Positions 29,050 through 38,240 are shown, numbered from the stretch's first letter. The stretch: DNA of 64,000 nt from Patescibacteria group bacterium (GCA_049322215.1 JBMORU010000001.1:324023-388022); one strand, 5' to 3'. Made by a program: numbers and translations. The notes: generated by a model not told the origin, from the letters alone.

Positions 29050-32000
29050 ATGCCTGCAGATGTTATTGAAGCACAAGATAAACAAGACGTATTTGAAAAA
29101 GCCCATAATATTGAATCTGAAAACGAACCCGAAGGTCGTGCCTCTAGAGCTACTTCTAGAGCAATAGAGTTTGGTGAACGTGCTATAGAGGGCATGAATA
29201 GAGATGAAAAAAGACACCATCAGGAGATACTAAACTCCTTTAAAGAGCGTGTTCAAAACCTCAACCCTGATCAACAACCGCCTGACTCTCCTGATAACCA
29301 AGCCTATCATGATCTTCCAAATGAAATTAACGATTATTTGTTTGAACAATGGCAGTTAGGTATAGTTGAAGGGCTTAATTTAATTACCGATCAGGCTGAC
29401 GCCGCCTTACAAAATCCAGATGTTAGAGAAGCAGTATTTCAAGTAATGAATGTGATAGCTGAAAATGGGATTGATTTAGATGATGATGATTTAGAATTAA
29501 GTGATAGGTTAACTCCTATTGTTACCGCTGCGAATCAGTATGTGGAAAATCACTTTATTTCTTTTAATGATTTTGTAGAAAGGCATAACTTAAGAGAATA
29601 TGATGAAAACACAGAACTAGATGAAGTTTATGATTTTCGTGCAGAACAAACTGACTCGCGAGAGGCTGATGTTCAAACTTTAAGTGCTGCTTTAGAAGAA
29701 ATTATTCCCGACCCTAACGCCGAAATAGATAGATCCCCCACCATGGAAATGGGTGATACTACCTGGGGACATTTTGTTCCTAACAGGGAGGCATGGAACA
29801 ATACATTTTTTAATGATTCTAGCGAAGTACTATCTGCGGTAGTTTCTGAAGAATTACGAGATAGAAAGGGAGAAATTCCAAAAGATTTACGTCCTTCCCA
29901 ACATGTCAGTTTAGTAAGTGGTTATACTAGAAGAAAGGGCGACAACGCAATTGTACAAGCGCCAATTTTAAGCATTAATATTAAAAAAACAGAGTTACAG
30001 GTACCACATAACGAAGTTGTAACAGATATAAGAAAATTACGTCCCGACCACCCCACTGTAATGAATCGTCGTATTACTAACCCAGGAGCTTTATATGAAT
30101 GGGAACAACAACTAATGAACGCAGTTATAGAAGAGAATGAGTTTAAAAAGCCAGATGAAAGGCGTGTTCGCTTTGTAACAACTAGTGTAGATAAACAAAT
30201 GAAACCCGTAAATAAACTATTAGAAGTCAGTTATGAAGATTACAATCAAATGGTGCGTGCAACTCAAAGTGCTAGAGCTCAGTATGAACGTGTAGGTATA
30301 AAAGTGGAAAAAGATCCTGAGGCTGAGAAAGAAACTTTAACTGAGTTTGGTAAAAGTTTAAATCGTGCTGAGTATTTAAAAACAAGAGAAAGAATGGCGT
30401 CGTATTTAGATGCAGAAATTTCACGTTTACGTGAAGAGGGCAATGATTATTTGGCAGATCAAATGGAATCTTCTAAAGATAGTTTGGTATATATGTATCA
30501 AGAACTTTCAATTCATTATGATAGTGATGCCTACCATAACGCCGCTGCAAAAGAAAACTTACGCAGTCGACTAGAAGGTGATGATTCAATAGCAGAGGGT
30601 AGCGACGAATGGAATACTATGCTTACCGATGAGATTGCTCAATTACGCTTAGAATATTCTTATAAAGCTGTTGTATATAAAGATCATGCAGAATATTTAG
30701 GCTCTCAAATTGATATGTTGCTAGAAAGTGGAGATCGTGCAAGTGCTCAAGCAATGCTGTTAAACTTGGACAAATTAATAGAAATAGAAGCAAGAGCTTA
30801 TTACTTGACCGATGTTCAAGATATAGTAGAAAATCCTGAAACCTCTACAGACGAAGACCCTGATTATTTACCTTTGAAGTCGGTAGATGAGTTTAGGCAA
30901 GAAATGTACGCTTTATCCGAAGGATTTTTACGTAAAGGCACAAACAAAGAAGCTGAGCTAGTTACAATAGGTGCTGAGATGCAAGAAGAGTGGGGAGAAG
31001 CAATTAGTTTATGGCAACAATTAGATGAAACTTTTGGTGATGAGTTGCATAACCTAAGTTTATTCGAATTAGAGGTTTTAGCTGTATTAGAGGATAAGCA
31101 CTTATTAGGCGCAAGAGTAGAGGCTTTGCAACCAAGTGAAGCAGACATACATACCAGCGACTTTTTGGAAACGCAGTTTAAAGGAATGTTTGGTAGAGAA
31201 CCAACTGAGGAGGAGTGGTATTTTGTAACTTTACAAATGATGCGTCAGCAGTATGACGATAATTTAGCTTCTACTACACACCTAAACGGTGGTATAGAAA
31301 GCTTGATGACTTATGTTTCAAATAACTACAATCAAAACTCTTTAGTAGAGCGCTCGAATAATGGGCTTTTTGAGCATGCTCGTTACTTATTAGATGTTAA
31401 TGAGGTATCTCATTTAGAAGCTGAAAGATTAAGATTGCAAACACAAGCAGGATTAGCTGCAGAAAATGAAGATTTAGAAAGAAAAGATCAAATCAGAGAA
31501 TATATGCAAAAACGCGCACGTGATCGTCAAGAGCATAACGCCGCTGTTCGAAAAATGAATGAGCAGGTTGAACTAAATAACAGAGAACGTAAGAATCAAG
31601 AAGAATTAAGAAAAGCTAATGCTGAATTGTTAAAGAAAAGAAATGAAGCGCGGGATCGCCAACAGCAAGAAATTATAGATCAGGAAGCAAAAGCAAAATT
31701 ACGTGAATCAGAGTCACTTGCTCGTGAGGTGGCAAAGGAAAATTCCGCCGCTTTAGATAATTCTGAGCAAATTGCCGAAGCTCGGGCTGTGCTTCGCGCT
31801 GCTGAAGAGAGGGCTCGTGCCGTAGCAGAAGAAAATGCACAAGGGGTGGATAATTCTGAACAAGTAGCTGCAGCTCAAGAAGAATTACGTGCTGCTGAAG
31901 ACCATGTTCGTGAAATAGCAGAAGAAAATGCAGCTGCAGAATCGGAGCTAAATAATTTACCTGAAGACATAGTTGATGAGGTAGAGCAAGTTACAGAAAT

Positions 32001-32574
32001 TGTTGAACCTGAACCTTCGCCAATAGAGTTTCAAGGTTCGGTAGAAGCTGATGTTGCCTCTATTAAAGAGCTTCTTAGCGTAGGGGAACTTCGTGGATTT
32101 GCTCATAACTACAGAGGTTGGGGTGGTGAAGGACAGCGTAATTTTCATGGAGGTATTTCAGGTAACGAGGCCGATTGGATGCATACCTGGCTTGAAGAAG
32201 AAGTCGCTGTTGATGCTGACTTTGTACAAAATGGTGGCTCACAAGTTGACTTGATAACCTCTCCAGAAATTTTAGAACCCTTAGACTTACAACCGGGGCA
32301 AGCAGTTTTACGTTTAACTTACAGAGTAAATCAAACTGAAGGAAACGAACCTGGTGAAGGTGCCACATTTAATGCATATATGGTTGTTCCAGAAGCTGCA
32401 GGAAACGCTTTTTGTGATTCTATAGAAGCCAATGAACAACAATTTGATTATGCTGCACGTGTAATGGCAGAAGCTTTAGACGAAAAGCTTTATTTAGATA
32501 ACGAAGGGTATAACGTTCCTGCTGGACAGGGTAACAATATACTAAACGTCAGTGGAGTTAAAGTTAATCGTTAG
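29050..32574 (+). CDS. Giant (1174 aa) highly acidic, coiled-coil-rich protein with no TM segment; possible secreted substrate or partner of the upstream ATPase
   Basis: Uninterrupted ORF that is D/E-rich throughout, with a central ERK-rich coiled coil and internal imperfect repeats. No catalytic motif recognised. Confidence 0.6.
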   Translation: MPADVIEAQDKQDVFEKAHNIESENEPEGRASRATSRAIEFGERAIEGMNRDEKRHHQEILNSFKERVQNLNPDQQPPDSPDNQAYHDLPNEINDYLFEQWQLGIVEGLNLITDQADAALQNPDVREAVFQVMNVIAENGIDLDDDDLELSDRLTPIVTAANQYVENHFISFNDFVERHNLREYDENTELDEVYDFRAEQTDSREADVQTLSAALEEIIPDPNAEIDRSPTMEMGDTTWGHFVPNREAWNNTFFNDSSEVLSAVVSEELRDRKGEIPKDLRPSQHVSLVSGYTRRKGDNAIVQAPILSINIKKTELQVPHNEVVTDIRKLRPDHPTVMNRRITNPGALYEWEQQLMNAVIEENEFKKPDERRVRFVTTSVDKQMKPVNKLLEVSYEDYNQMVRATQSARAQYERVGIKVEKDPEAEKETLTEFGKSLNRAEYLKTRERMASYLDAEISRLREEGNDYLADQMESSKDSLVYMYQELSIHYDSDAYHNAAAKENLRSRLEGDDSIAEGSDEWNTMLTDEIAQLRLEYSYKAVVYKDHAEYLGSQIDMLLESGDRASAQAMLLNLDKLIEIEARAYYLTDVQDIVENPETSTDEDPDYLPLKSVDEFRQEMYALSEGFLRKGTNKEAELVTIGAEMQEEWGEAISLWQQLDETFGDELHNLSLFELEVLAVLEDKHLLGARVEALQPSEADIHTSDFLETQFKGMFGREPTEEEWYFVTLQMMRQQYDDNLASTTHLNGGIESLMTYVSNNYNQNSLVERSNNGLFEHARYLLDVNEVSHLEAERLRLQTQAGLAAENEDLERKDQIREYMQKRARDRQEHNAAVRKMNEQVELNNRERKNQEELRKANAELLKKRNEARDRQQQEIIDQEAKAKLRESESLAREVAKENSAALDNSEQIAEARAVLRAAEERARAVAEENAQGVDNSEQVAAAQEELRAAEDHVREIAEENAAAESELNNLPEDIVDEVEQVTEIVEPEPSPIEFQGSVEADVASIKELLSVGELRGFAHNYRGWGGEGQRNFHGGISGNEADWMHTWLEEEVAVDADFVQNGGSQVDLITSPEILEPLDLQPGQAVLRLTYRVNQTEGNEPGEGATFNAYMVVPEAAGNAFCDSIEANEQQFDYAARVMAEALDEKLYLDNEGYNVPAGQGNNILNVSGVKVNR
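31729..31950 (+). repeat. Imperfect tandem repeat of about 93 nt x 2.4 inside the giant ORF (encodes AEENAxxxDNSEQxAxAxxxLRAAExxxR)
   Basis: Direct comparison of 31729-31821, 31822-31914 and 31915-31950 shows roughly 60-70% nucleotide identity and a repeated peptide motif. Confidence 0.5.
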
Positions 32575-33300
32575 TTAAACATAGGCTAGTTCTTTAGGAT
32601 AGAACTTTTTATGTTCAACATTTAATTCCTTATATTTTTCCATATCATTTGTAAGCCTTGCTAATATTATGTTACTTTGTTGCACGCGTTCTAATAACTT
32701 TATTCGTGTAGTTTGTTGAGCTTTTTCTATATCGTTTGTTTTGTTGGTTTCCATATCCATGTAATCTCTTAATTCTTGGCGTGCAAGAGTATCTCTGTAA
32801 TCAGTACTATCTCTATATTTTTCAAACTTTCTTGCAGCATTTGCCATATGAGCCATATGCTCTCTTTTTTCTATATAAGCCTTTTCCTCAGTTTGTTGTA
32901 TATCACTCATTAAGGCGTCAGTATATTCTACAAAGTCTAATATTTCTTTTTGTAGTTCATTATTTTCAAATAAGCCTATGTACTCATTTAATATAATTAA
33001 TCTTCTTAGTACTTTTTTTGATTGAGTGGCATGTTGAATATTAAATATAGAATTTAATTCAATATCATGCTCTAGCATAGTTAAAAACGTTTTTAATCTA
33101 ATAAGTTCTGCTTCTAACATTTCTATTAGCTTTCTGGTTTTTTTCTTTTTTTCTACTATTACAGCAATATTTTCACTACCGCTTTTTCTTATATAAGTGG
33201 CTATTATGATTAATAAGGACACTAAAGATAGTGCCCAAATAACCCAAAGGTATTCCTCAGAGTAAATCAGAAAATTGTCTTGAATAAACTGTAAAGTCAT
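32575..33300 (-). CDS. Bitopic membrane protein with a long cytoplasmic coiled-coil domain (241 aa)
   Basis: One TM helix (aa 17-37), the rest E/K/R-rich heptad-like. Convergent with the giant ORF and abutting its stop. Confidence 0.5.
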   Translation of the reverse strand: MTLQFIQDNFLIYSEEYLWVIWALSLVSLLIIIATYIRKSGSENIAVIVEKKKKTRKLIEMLEAELIRLKTFLTMLEHDIELNSIFNIQHATQSKKVLRRLIILNEYIGLFENNELQKEILDFVEYTDALMSDIQQTEEKAYIEKREHMAHMANAARKFEKYRDSTDYRDTLARQELRDYMDMETNKTNDIEKAQQTTRIKLLERVQQSNIILARLTNDMEKYKELNVEHKKFYPKELAYV

Positions 33301-33361
33301 TAAGATCTTTTTAATTTTAAAATTTTAGATATACCTATAGTACTATAGGTCTAGACAAAAG

Positions 33362-35194
33362 TCAATTATTTGTTGTTCTTTTAAGGTAAACTCTTAGTAA
33401 GCCTTTTCCTATTGATTTTTGTTTGTACAGCTTCATTTTAGGCAGCTCGTTAAGGTTTTGCACATGTGGGCCTCCACAAAACTCTTTACTGAAGGCATTT
33501 TCTAGAGACTTGCCAATATAATAAACTTTCACTTTGTCTCCATATTTTTCTCCAAAAAAGTGTAGTGCACCTGTGTTTTTTGCCTCCTCAATGGGTAATG
33601 TTTCATGTTTCATAGGAATATCTTTACCTGCCTTGCTATTTATTAGTTGTTCTATTTGGTCAATTTCTTGTTCAGTCAGTTTCTTGTCATGAGAAAAGTC
33701 AAATCTTAAGCGTTCCCCTGTAATATTGCTTCCTTTTTGTTCTACCGTTTCACCTAAAGTTTCTCTTAATGCCCAGTGCAATAAGTGTGTTGCTGTATGA
33801 TACTTTATAACATCTTCACTATGATCTGCTAACCCGCCTGCAAATTTTTGCTTTGCCCCTTCGCGAGAAAGTTTTTTGTGTTCTTCAATGTATGAATCTA
33901 TTGCCTGTTCGATATTTTTTATATTTGCATCACTAATGTAATCGGCAACATCTTGTACAAAAATTTCTGAGGGATATCCTAGAGATTGATATAAATCGAA
34001 GCCTATTTTAGCTAGGTTTTCAGTGCTAGTATCGTTTAAGCTTTCAAGAATTTTGGTAGTTTCTTTAAAACCTTTAACCAAGACCTTTCTAAACTTTTCT
34101 TCTTCTTTATGAAAAATTGTTTCTATTTCTTCTTGTTTATTATCAAGTTGTGGATATAGCCACTTAAAGTTTTTTATAACTGATTGTACTAGCGATACAG
34201 AAATATCTTTTTCTATTCCTAATACTTTACCTGCGCGCACCATACGGCGTAACAAACGTCTTAAAATGTATCCTTGGTCTTTGTTACCTGGAGTAACTCC
34301 GTCCATTGCCAAAAATGTTGAGGCTCTCATATGATCTGCAAGTACTCTCATTGCTCGAGTAGTTTCTATGGATTCTTTGTACTGTAAACCTGTAATACTT
34401 TGAATTTTTTCAATAATTGGCCAAAAGTTATCAGTTTCGAAAATATCTTGTTTGTTTTGAACTGCCATTGCTATTCTTTCGAGGCCACCACCAAAGTCTA
34501 CGTTTTTTTGAGAAAGCTCTGCCCAGCCGGTTTCGTTTTTTTTGTATTGCATAAATACGCTGTTTCCGATTTCTAAAAATTCGCTCTCGTTTTGGGCAGG
34601 ATTTTTGCCTAAACCATTTCCATCTTTTCCTACGTAATAAAAAATTTCACTATCGGGACCACCTAATTCCCCAATTGCATCTCCACGTTTCCACCAATTG
34701 TCTTTTTTTCCGTATGCAAAAATTCTTTCGCCAACTTTTGCATCAATGCCGTATTTTTTATAAATTTGGGTGATTATCTTTATAGATTCCTCATCTCTTG
34801 GTGCATCATCGTCCCCCTCAAAAACCGAAGCATACATTTTGTTAATATCCAGCTTGAGAACTTCTACCATAAATTCCCAAATCCAGGGCAACTGCTCACT
34901 TTTAAAGTAGTCGCCTAAGCTCCAGTTTCCTACCATATGAAAAGCTACAGTGTGGTTGTAATCTCCAACTTCTTCTAAATCATCAAAGCGCAAGCATCTT
35001 TGTACATTTAAAATTTTTTTGCCCAAAGGATGGAGCTCTCCAGATAAATAAGGAACTAGGGGAAACATTCCCGAATTTACAAATAGCAAGGTTGGGTCGT
35101 TTTCTGGCACCAAAGATACATTGGGCACTTGCTTGTGACCTTTGTCTTTAAAAAAATTCAGATATTTATTAAGTATTTCTTTAGAACTAAACAT
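33362..35194 (-). CDS. alaS: Alanine--tRNA ligase, short form (catalytic, tRNA-recognition and editing domains; no C-Ala domain; 610 aa)
   Basis: N-terminus FLNFFKDKGH...VPNVSLVP..DPTLLFVNSGM..RCLRFDDLEEVG...HTVAFHMVGNWSLGDYFK is the AlaRS class II signature. The C-terminal HTATHLLHWAL...CGGPHV is the editing-site HxxxH/CxxxH pair. Confidence 0.85.
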   Translation of the reverse strand: MFSSKEILNKYLNFFKDKGHKQVPNVSLVPENDPTLLFVNSGMFPLVPYLSGELHPLGKKILNVQRCLRFDDLEEVGDYNHTVAFHMVGNWSLGDYFKSEQLPWIWEFMVEVLKLDINKMYASVFEGDDDAPRDEESIKIITQIYKKYGIDAKVGERIFAYGKKDNWWKRGDAIGELGGPDSEIFYYVGKDGNGLGKNPAQNESEFLEIGNSVFMQYKKNETGWAELSQKNVDFGGGLERIAMAVQNKQDIFETDNFWPIIEKIQSITGLQYKESIETTRAMRVLADHMRASTFLAMDGVTPGNKDQGYILRRLLRRMVRAGKVLGIEKDISVSLVQSVIKNFKWLYPQLDNKQEEIETIFHKEEEKFRKVLVKGFKETTKILESLNDTSTENLAKIGFDLYQSLGYPSEIFVQDVADYISDANIKNIEQAIDSYIEEHKKLSREGAKQKFAGGLADHSEDVIKYHTATHLLHWALRETLGETVEQKGSNITGERLRFDFSHDKKLTEQEIDQIEQLINSKAGKDIPMKHETLPIEEAKNTGALHFFGEKYGDKVKVYYIGKSLENAFSKEFCGGPHVQNLNELPKMKLYKQKSIGKGLLRVYLKRTTNN

Positions 35195-35440
35195 AAAAAA
35201 ACCTCATCACTACAAACCATACACTAAATGATTTGCAAGGACGAGGTTTTTACCACGTGGTACCACCTTACTTTGTATTTATCTTTCAATAAATACCTTT
35301 TTAGCATTTAAGCATCCATATTCCTTTTACCACAGTATGGTTTCTGTGCTTACTCATCGCAAGTAGCTTACAGGTTGGCATTTTAAACCTGGTCATAACT
35401 AGTGCTGCAAATTTACTAGCAATTGCGTTTTATGTCAACA
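35195..35440 (-). promoter_or_regulatory. T-box riboswitch-like leader upstream of alaS (T-box sequence AAGGUGGUACCACGUGG and a terminator hairpin whose U-tract abuts the AUG)
   Basis: The minus-strand transcript reads ...AAAGUAAGGUGGUACCACGUGGUAAAAACCUCGUCC-loop-GAUGAGGUUUUUUU-AUG. This matches the T-box consensus AGGGUGGNACCGCG; UGGU fits an A73 discriminator as in tRNA-Ala. A 9-bp terminator stem lies at + coords 35197-35250. Stem I and specifier loop not mapped confidently. Confidence 0.5.
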
Positions 35441-35482
35441 TACATTTGTCATTATTTGGAGCATCCAATATAATTTTGGTAC

Positions 35483-36697
35483 ATGTCCCTATTTAATTCT
35501 TCAAAAAAACCTGCTCGCTTTTTAACTGTAGACATAGGTTCAAATTTGGTTAAGTGTATGGTGTTTGAAGTTGACCCTGAGCAAAACTCCAAAATAGTAA
35601 ATGTAATAGGTGAAGGTGCCGAATCGTTGCCAATGGGTGCTACTAGAGGTGGTGTTATTGTGCATCCCGAAGAAGTAGAAGATGCCTTAAAAATGGCACT
35701 AAACAAAGCTACCGAAGATTTAGATCACAAAGTTAAAGATGTGATTTTTGGTGTGAGTGGTGATTTAGCTTTAGGTTTAATGACAACTGTAAAAATAGTT
35801 AGAGGTAAAAACGATGCTGTGTCAGAGAAAGAATTAAATAAAGTTTACGACAAAATTTATCAGGCTTCTTTAGACGAAGCCTCTACACAACTTTATGAAT
35901 ATACCGGTAACTCCGATGTAGACCTTGAAATAGTTACTTCTTCTATGGTTTATACTAAGTTGGACGAAAAGCTTGTATCTAACCCAGTGGGTATGGAAGC
36001 GTCTAAAATGGAAATTGCTTTTTACGCCTGCTTTTGTCCTAGTTTTCATATTCAATCTCTTCAGAATTTAGCAAAAGCACTAGGTTTAAACATTATTGCT
36101 ATTGGTTCCCAAATGTATGCTGCAGCAAAAGCACTACAGCTGTCGAGTTCTGAAGTATTAGATTGTGCCTTAATGGATATAGGCGGGGAACAAACCGATG
36201 TAGCCATAGTTTTTGGTGGCGGCATTGTGGCAACACGTAGCTTGCCAATTGGTGGAAATCATTTTACTTCCGAAATTAGTAAAAAAATGAACATCCCTTT
36301 TGCAGATGCAGAAAAAGTGAAGCAAGAATATTCTTTTGGCAATTTATCTGAAAGCGAAAACATGGTTTTGCAGGATAGTATTGTACCAATAATGGAAACG
36401 TGGCTTAGCGGTGTAGAATTGTTGTTTACAGAGTTTACTGGTGTTAAAACATTTGCTTCCAAAATATTTTTAATTGGTGGTGGTGCAGAACTTCCGGATA
36501 TTGAAGAGTTTATAGCCAAAGAACCTTGGACTCGTTCAATACCGTTTAAATCACCTCCGGAATTTAGTAAACTCTCTTTGGCAGACTTATCACATATAGT
36601 AGATAAAACCGGATCCTTACAGTCTATGTCTGATTTACTACCTGCCTCTTTATCTATAATTTATTTGGAGTTAAACGGGTTTTTAGATGAAAGATAA
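35483..36697 (+). CDS. FtsA-like actin-fold ATPase (FtsA/PilM family)
   Basis: Phosphate-1 LTVDIGSNLVK, connect/phosphate-2 DIGGEQTDVAIVFGGGIVATRSLPIGGNHFTSEISKKMNIPFADAEKVKQEY (like FtsA DIGGGTMDIAVY...GG..T.DIA...). 404 aa. Confidence 0.6.
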   Translation: MSLFNSSKKPARFLTVDIGSNLVKCMVFEVDPEQNSKIVNVIGEGAESLPMGATRGGVIVHPEEVEDALKMALNKATEDLDHKVKDVIFGVSGDLALGLMTTVKIVRGKNDAVSEKELNKVYDKIYQASLDEASTQLYEYTGNSDVDLEIVTSSMVYTKLDEKLVSNPVGMEASKMEIAFYACFCPSFHIQSLQNLAKALGLNIIAIGSQMYAAAKALQLSSSEVLDCALMDIGGEQTDVAIVFGGGIVATRSLPIGGNHFTSEISKKMNIPFADAEKVKQEYSFGNLSESENMVLQDSIVPIMETWLSGVELLFTEFTGVKTFASKIFLIGGGAELPDIEEFIAKEPWTRSIPFKSPPEFSKLSLADLSHIVDKTGSLQSMSDLLPASLSIIYLELNGFLDER

Positions 36698-38240
36698 ATT
36701 AGTTTTAGAATTACATGACGATATAGTATCTGTACTTGCACGAATAGAAGATATTAATGTTAATGAAATAACTGTAGAAATTCCTGAAGGGTCTGTACTG
36801 TTTGATAACAGTATAAGTATTAAACTGTTGTTAAAAGAAGCAGAGAAGTTAGGTAAAAATCTAACTTTGGAGACAACCGATTCTAATGGGCAACAGATTT
36901 TGGCTATGCTCGACCAGGGTGTTAATTCTGGTTTTGATGGCTTTAGGTCAAAGGAAATATCGGAATCAGATTTTGAAGAAGCTCCTACAATGTCTAAAAG
37001 GAAGTTTTCTAAACCAAAATTACCTGCGTTTAAAGTTCCTAGACTCAAATTTCCAAAGCTCAATTTTAAACTTCCTTTAATAATTATTGCAATTTTAATT
37101 TTACTGGGTGGCGTAGGTTACGCTTTAGTTTGGCGTGCTCCTGAAGCAACAGTACGCATGATTGTTGATATTGATCCCTTAACAAAAAGCTTAACTGTTA
37201 AAGTTGTTGGTGATGGCGCAAATACTGAAACCGAACTTCCAACATTGCCCGGGAAAACTATAACAGCTTCTGTAAGTGATCAACTAACAATTGAAACCAC
37301 TGGAGAAAAAACAGTAGGTGAGGTTGCTGAGGGTAAAATAACGGTTTATAACCGAACTGATACTGAAGTAAAGTTGGATAAAGGTACAGTTATTACGTAT
37401 AAAGAAGATGATTCAGATTTAAGTTTTAAACTAAATGACGATGTCACTATTCCGCCCGAAACTTTAGAAGACCCTGCAGATTTAACAAGCCCCAGCATTC
37501 CCGGGCAAGCTGATGTAGATGTAACTGCTTTAGAATTTGGAGAAGCATATAACATTGACAATGATGAAACTTTAGAATTTGAAGACTATAAAAAAGGTGA
37601 GCTTTTTGCAAAATCATCGGGAGCTTTTGAAGGGGGTTCTAGCGAAACAGTTAAAGTTGTTACCGAAGAGGATTTAACCGAGTTATCGGCTAAACTAAAA
37701 GAGCAGCTTACTGAATCCAGTTTGTCTTCTTTAGAAAAAAAGCTAAGTAGTGGTACAAAGCAAATTCCAGGATCACAAGAGGTAACAGTTTCAACAGAAG
37801 ATTTTAGCGCAGAAGTTGGGGATGAAGAAGATGAACTTACCTTAACTCAGGTGGCTACAGCTACGGTTCTTACTTATTCTGAAAGCGAACTCAACAAATT
37901 ATTGGACACTTTGGTAGATAACTTAGTTCCAGATGGCTTTGTTTTATCCGACAAAGATAGAGAGGTGAACGTTGAGATACTTGGTTCTACAGATAGCACT
38001 GCCTTAAGTCTTACTGAAGCAGATTTACAAGTGACTTTAAAAGCTTTTGTAGTGCCCGACATAAATGAGGAGTCAATTAAGTCAGATTTAGCCGGTAAGA
38101 AACTTGCTGAAGCAGAGAAAGTTTTAGGTGGTGTTAGAAACATTTACAAATATGAAATTGAATTAAAAAATTCTGTGCCTTTCTTCCAGCGCATGCCTAC
38201 AAATACCGAGAATATTTCAATAAACATCGAAAGAAAATAA
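36687..38240 (+). CDS. Bitopic protein: cytoplasmic N-domain of about 125 aa, a TM helix, and a large acidic extracytoplasmic domain (517 aa). Possible FtsA-partner or divisome protein
   Basis: Overlaps the FtsA-like gene by 11 nt. Hydrophobic segment LPLIIIAILILLGGVGYALVW. No motif recognised. Confidence 0.5.
   Translation: MKDKLVLELHDDIVSVLARIEDINVNEITVEIPEGSVLFDNSISIKLLLKEAEKLGKNLTLETTDSNGQQILAMLDQGVNSGFDGFRSKEISESDFEEAPTMSKRKFSKPKLPAFKVPRLKFPKLNFKLPLIIIAILILLGGVGYALVWRAPEATVRMIVDIDPLTKSLTVKVVGDGANTETELPTLPGKTITASVSDQLTIETTGEKTVGEVAEGKITVYNRTDTEVKLDKGTVITYKEDDSDLSFKLNDDVTIPPETLEDPADLTSPSIPGQADVDVTALEFGEAYNIDNDETLEFEDYKKGELFAKSSGAFEGGSSETVKVVTEEDLTELSAKLKEQLTESSLSSLEKKLSSGTKQIPGSQEVTVSTEDFSAEVGDEEDELTLTQVATATVLTYSESELNKLLDTLVDNLVPDGFVLSDKDREVNVEILGSTDSTALSLTEADLQVTLKAFVVPDINEESIKSDLAGKKLAEAEKVLGGVRNIYKYEIELKNSVPFFQRMPTNTENISINIERK

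Noticed and set aside
36683-37063. The 126-aa minus-strand ORF overlapping the start of the bitopic gene
   Set aside because: It is antisense to a stronger, longer ORF that is translationally coupled to the FtsA-like gene. It has no RBS and its translation is Ser/Leu-rich noise.
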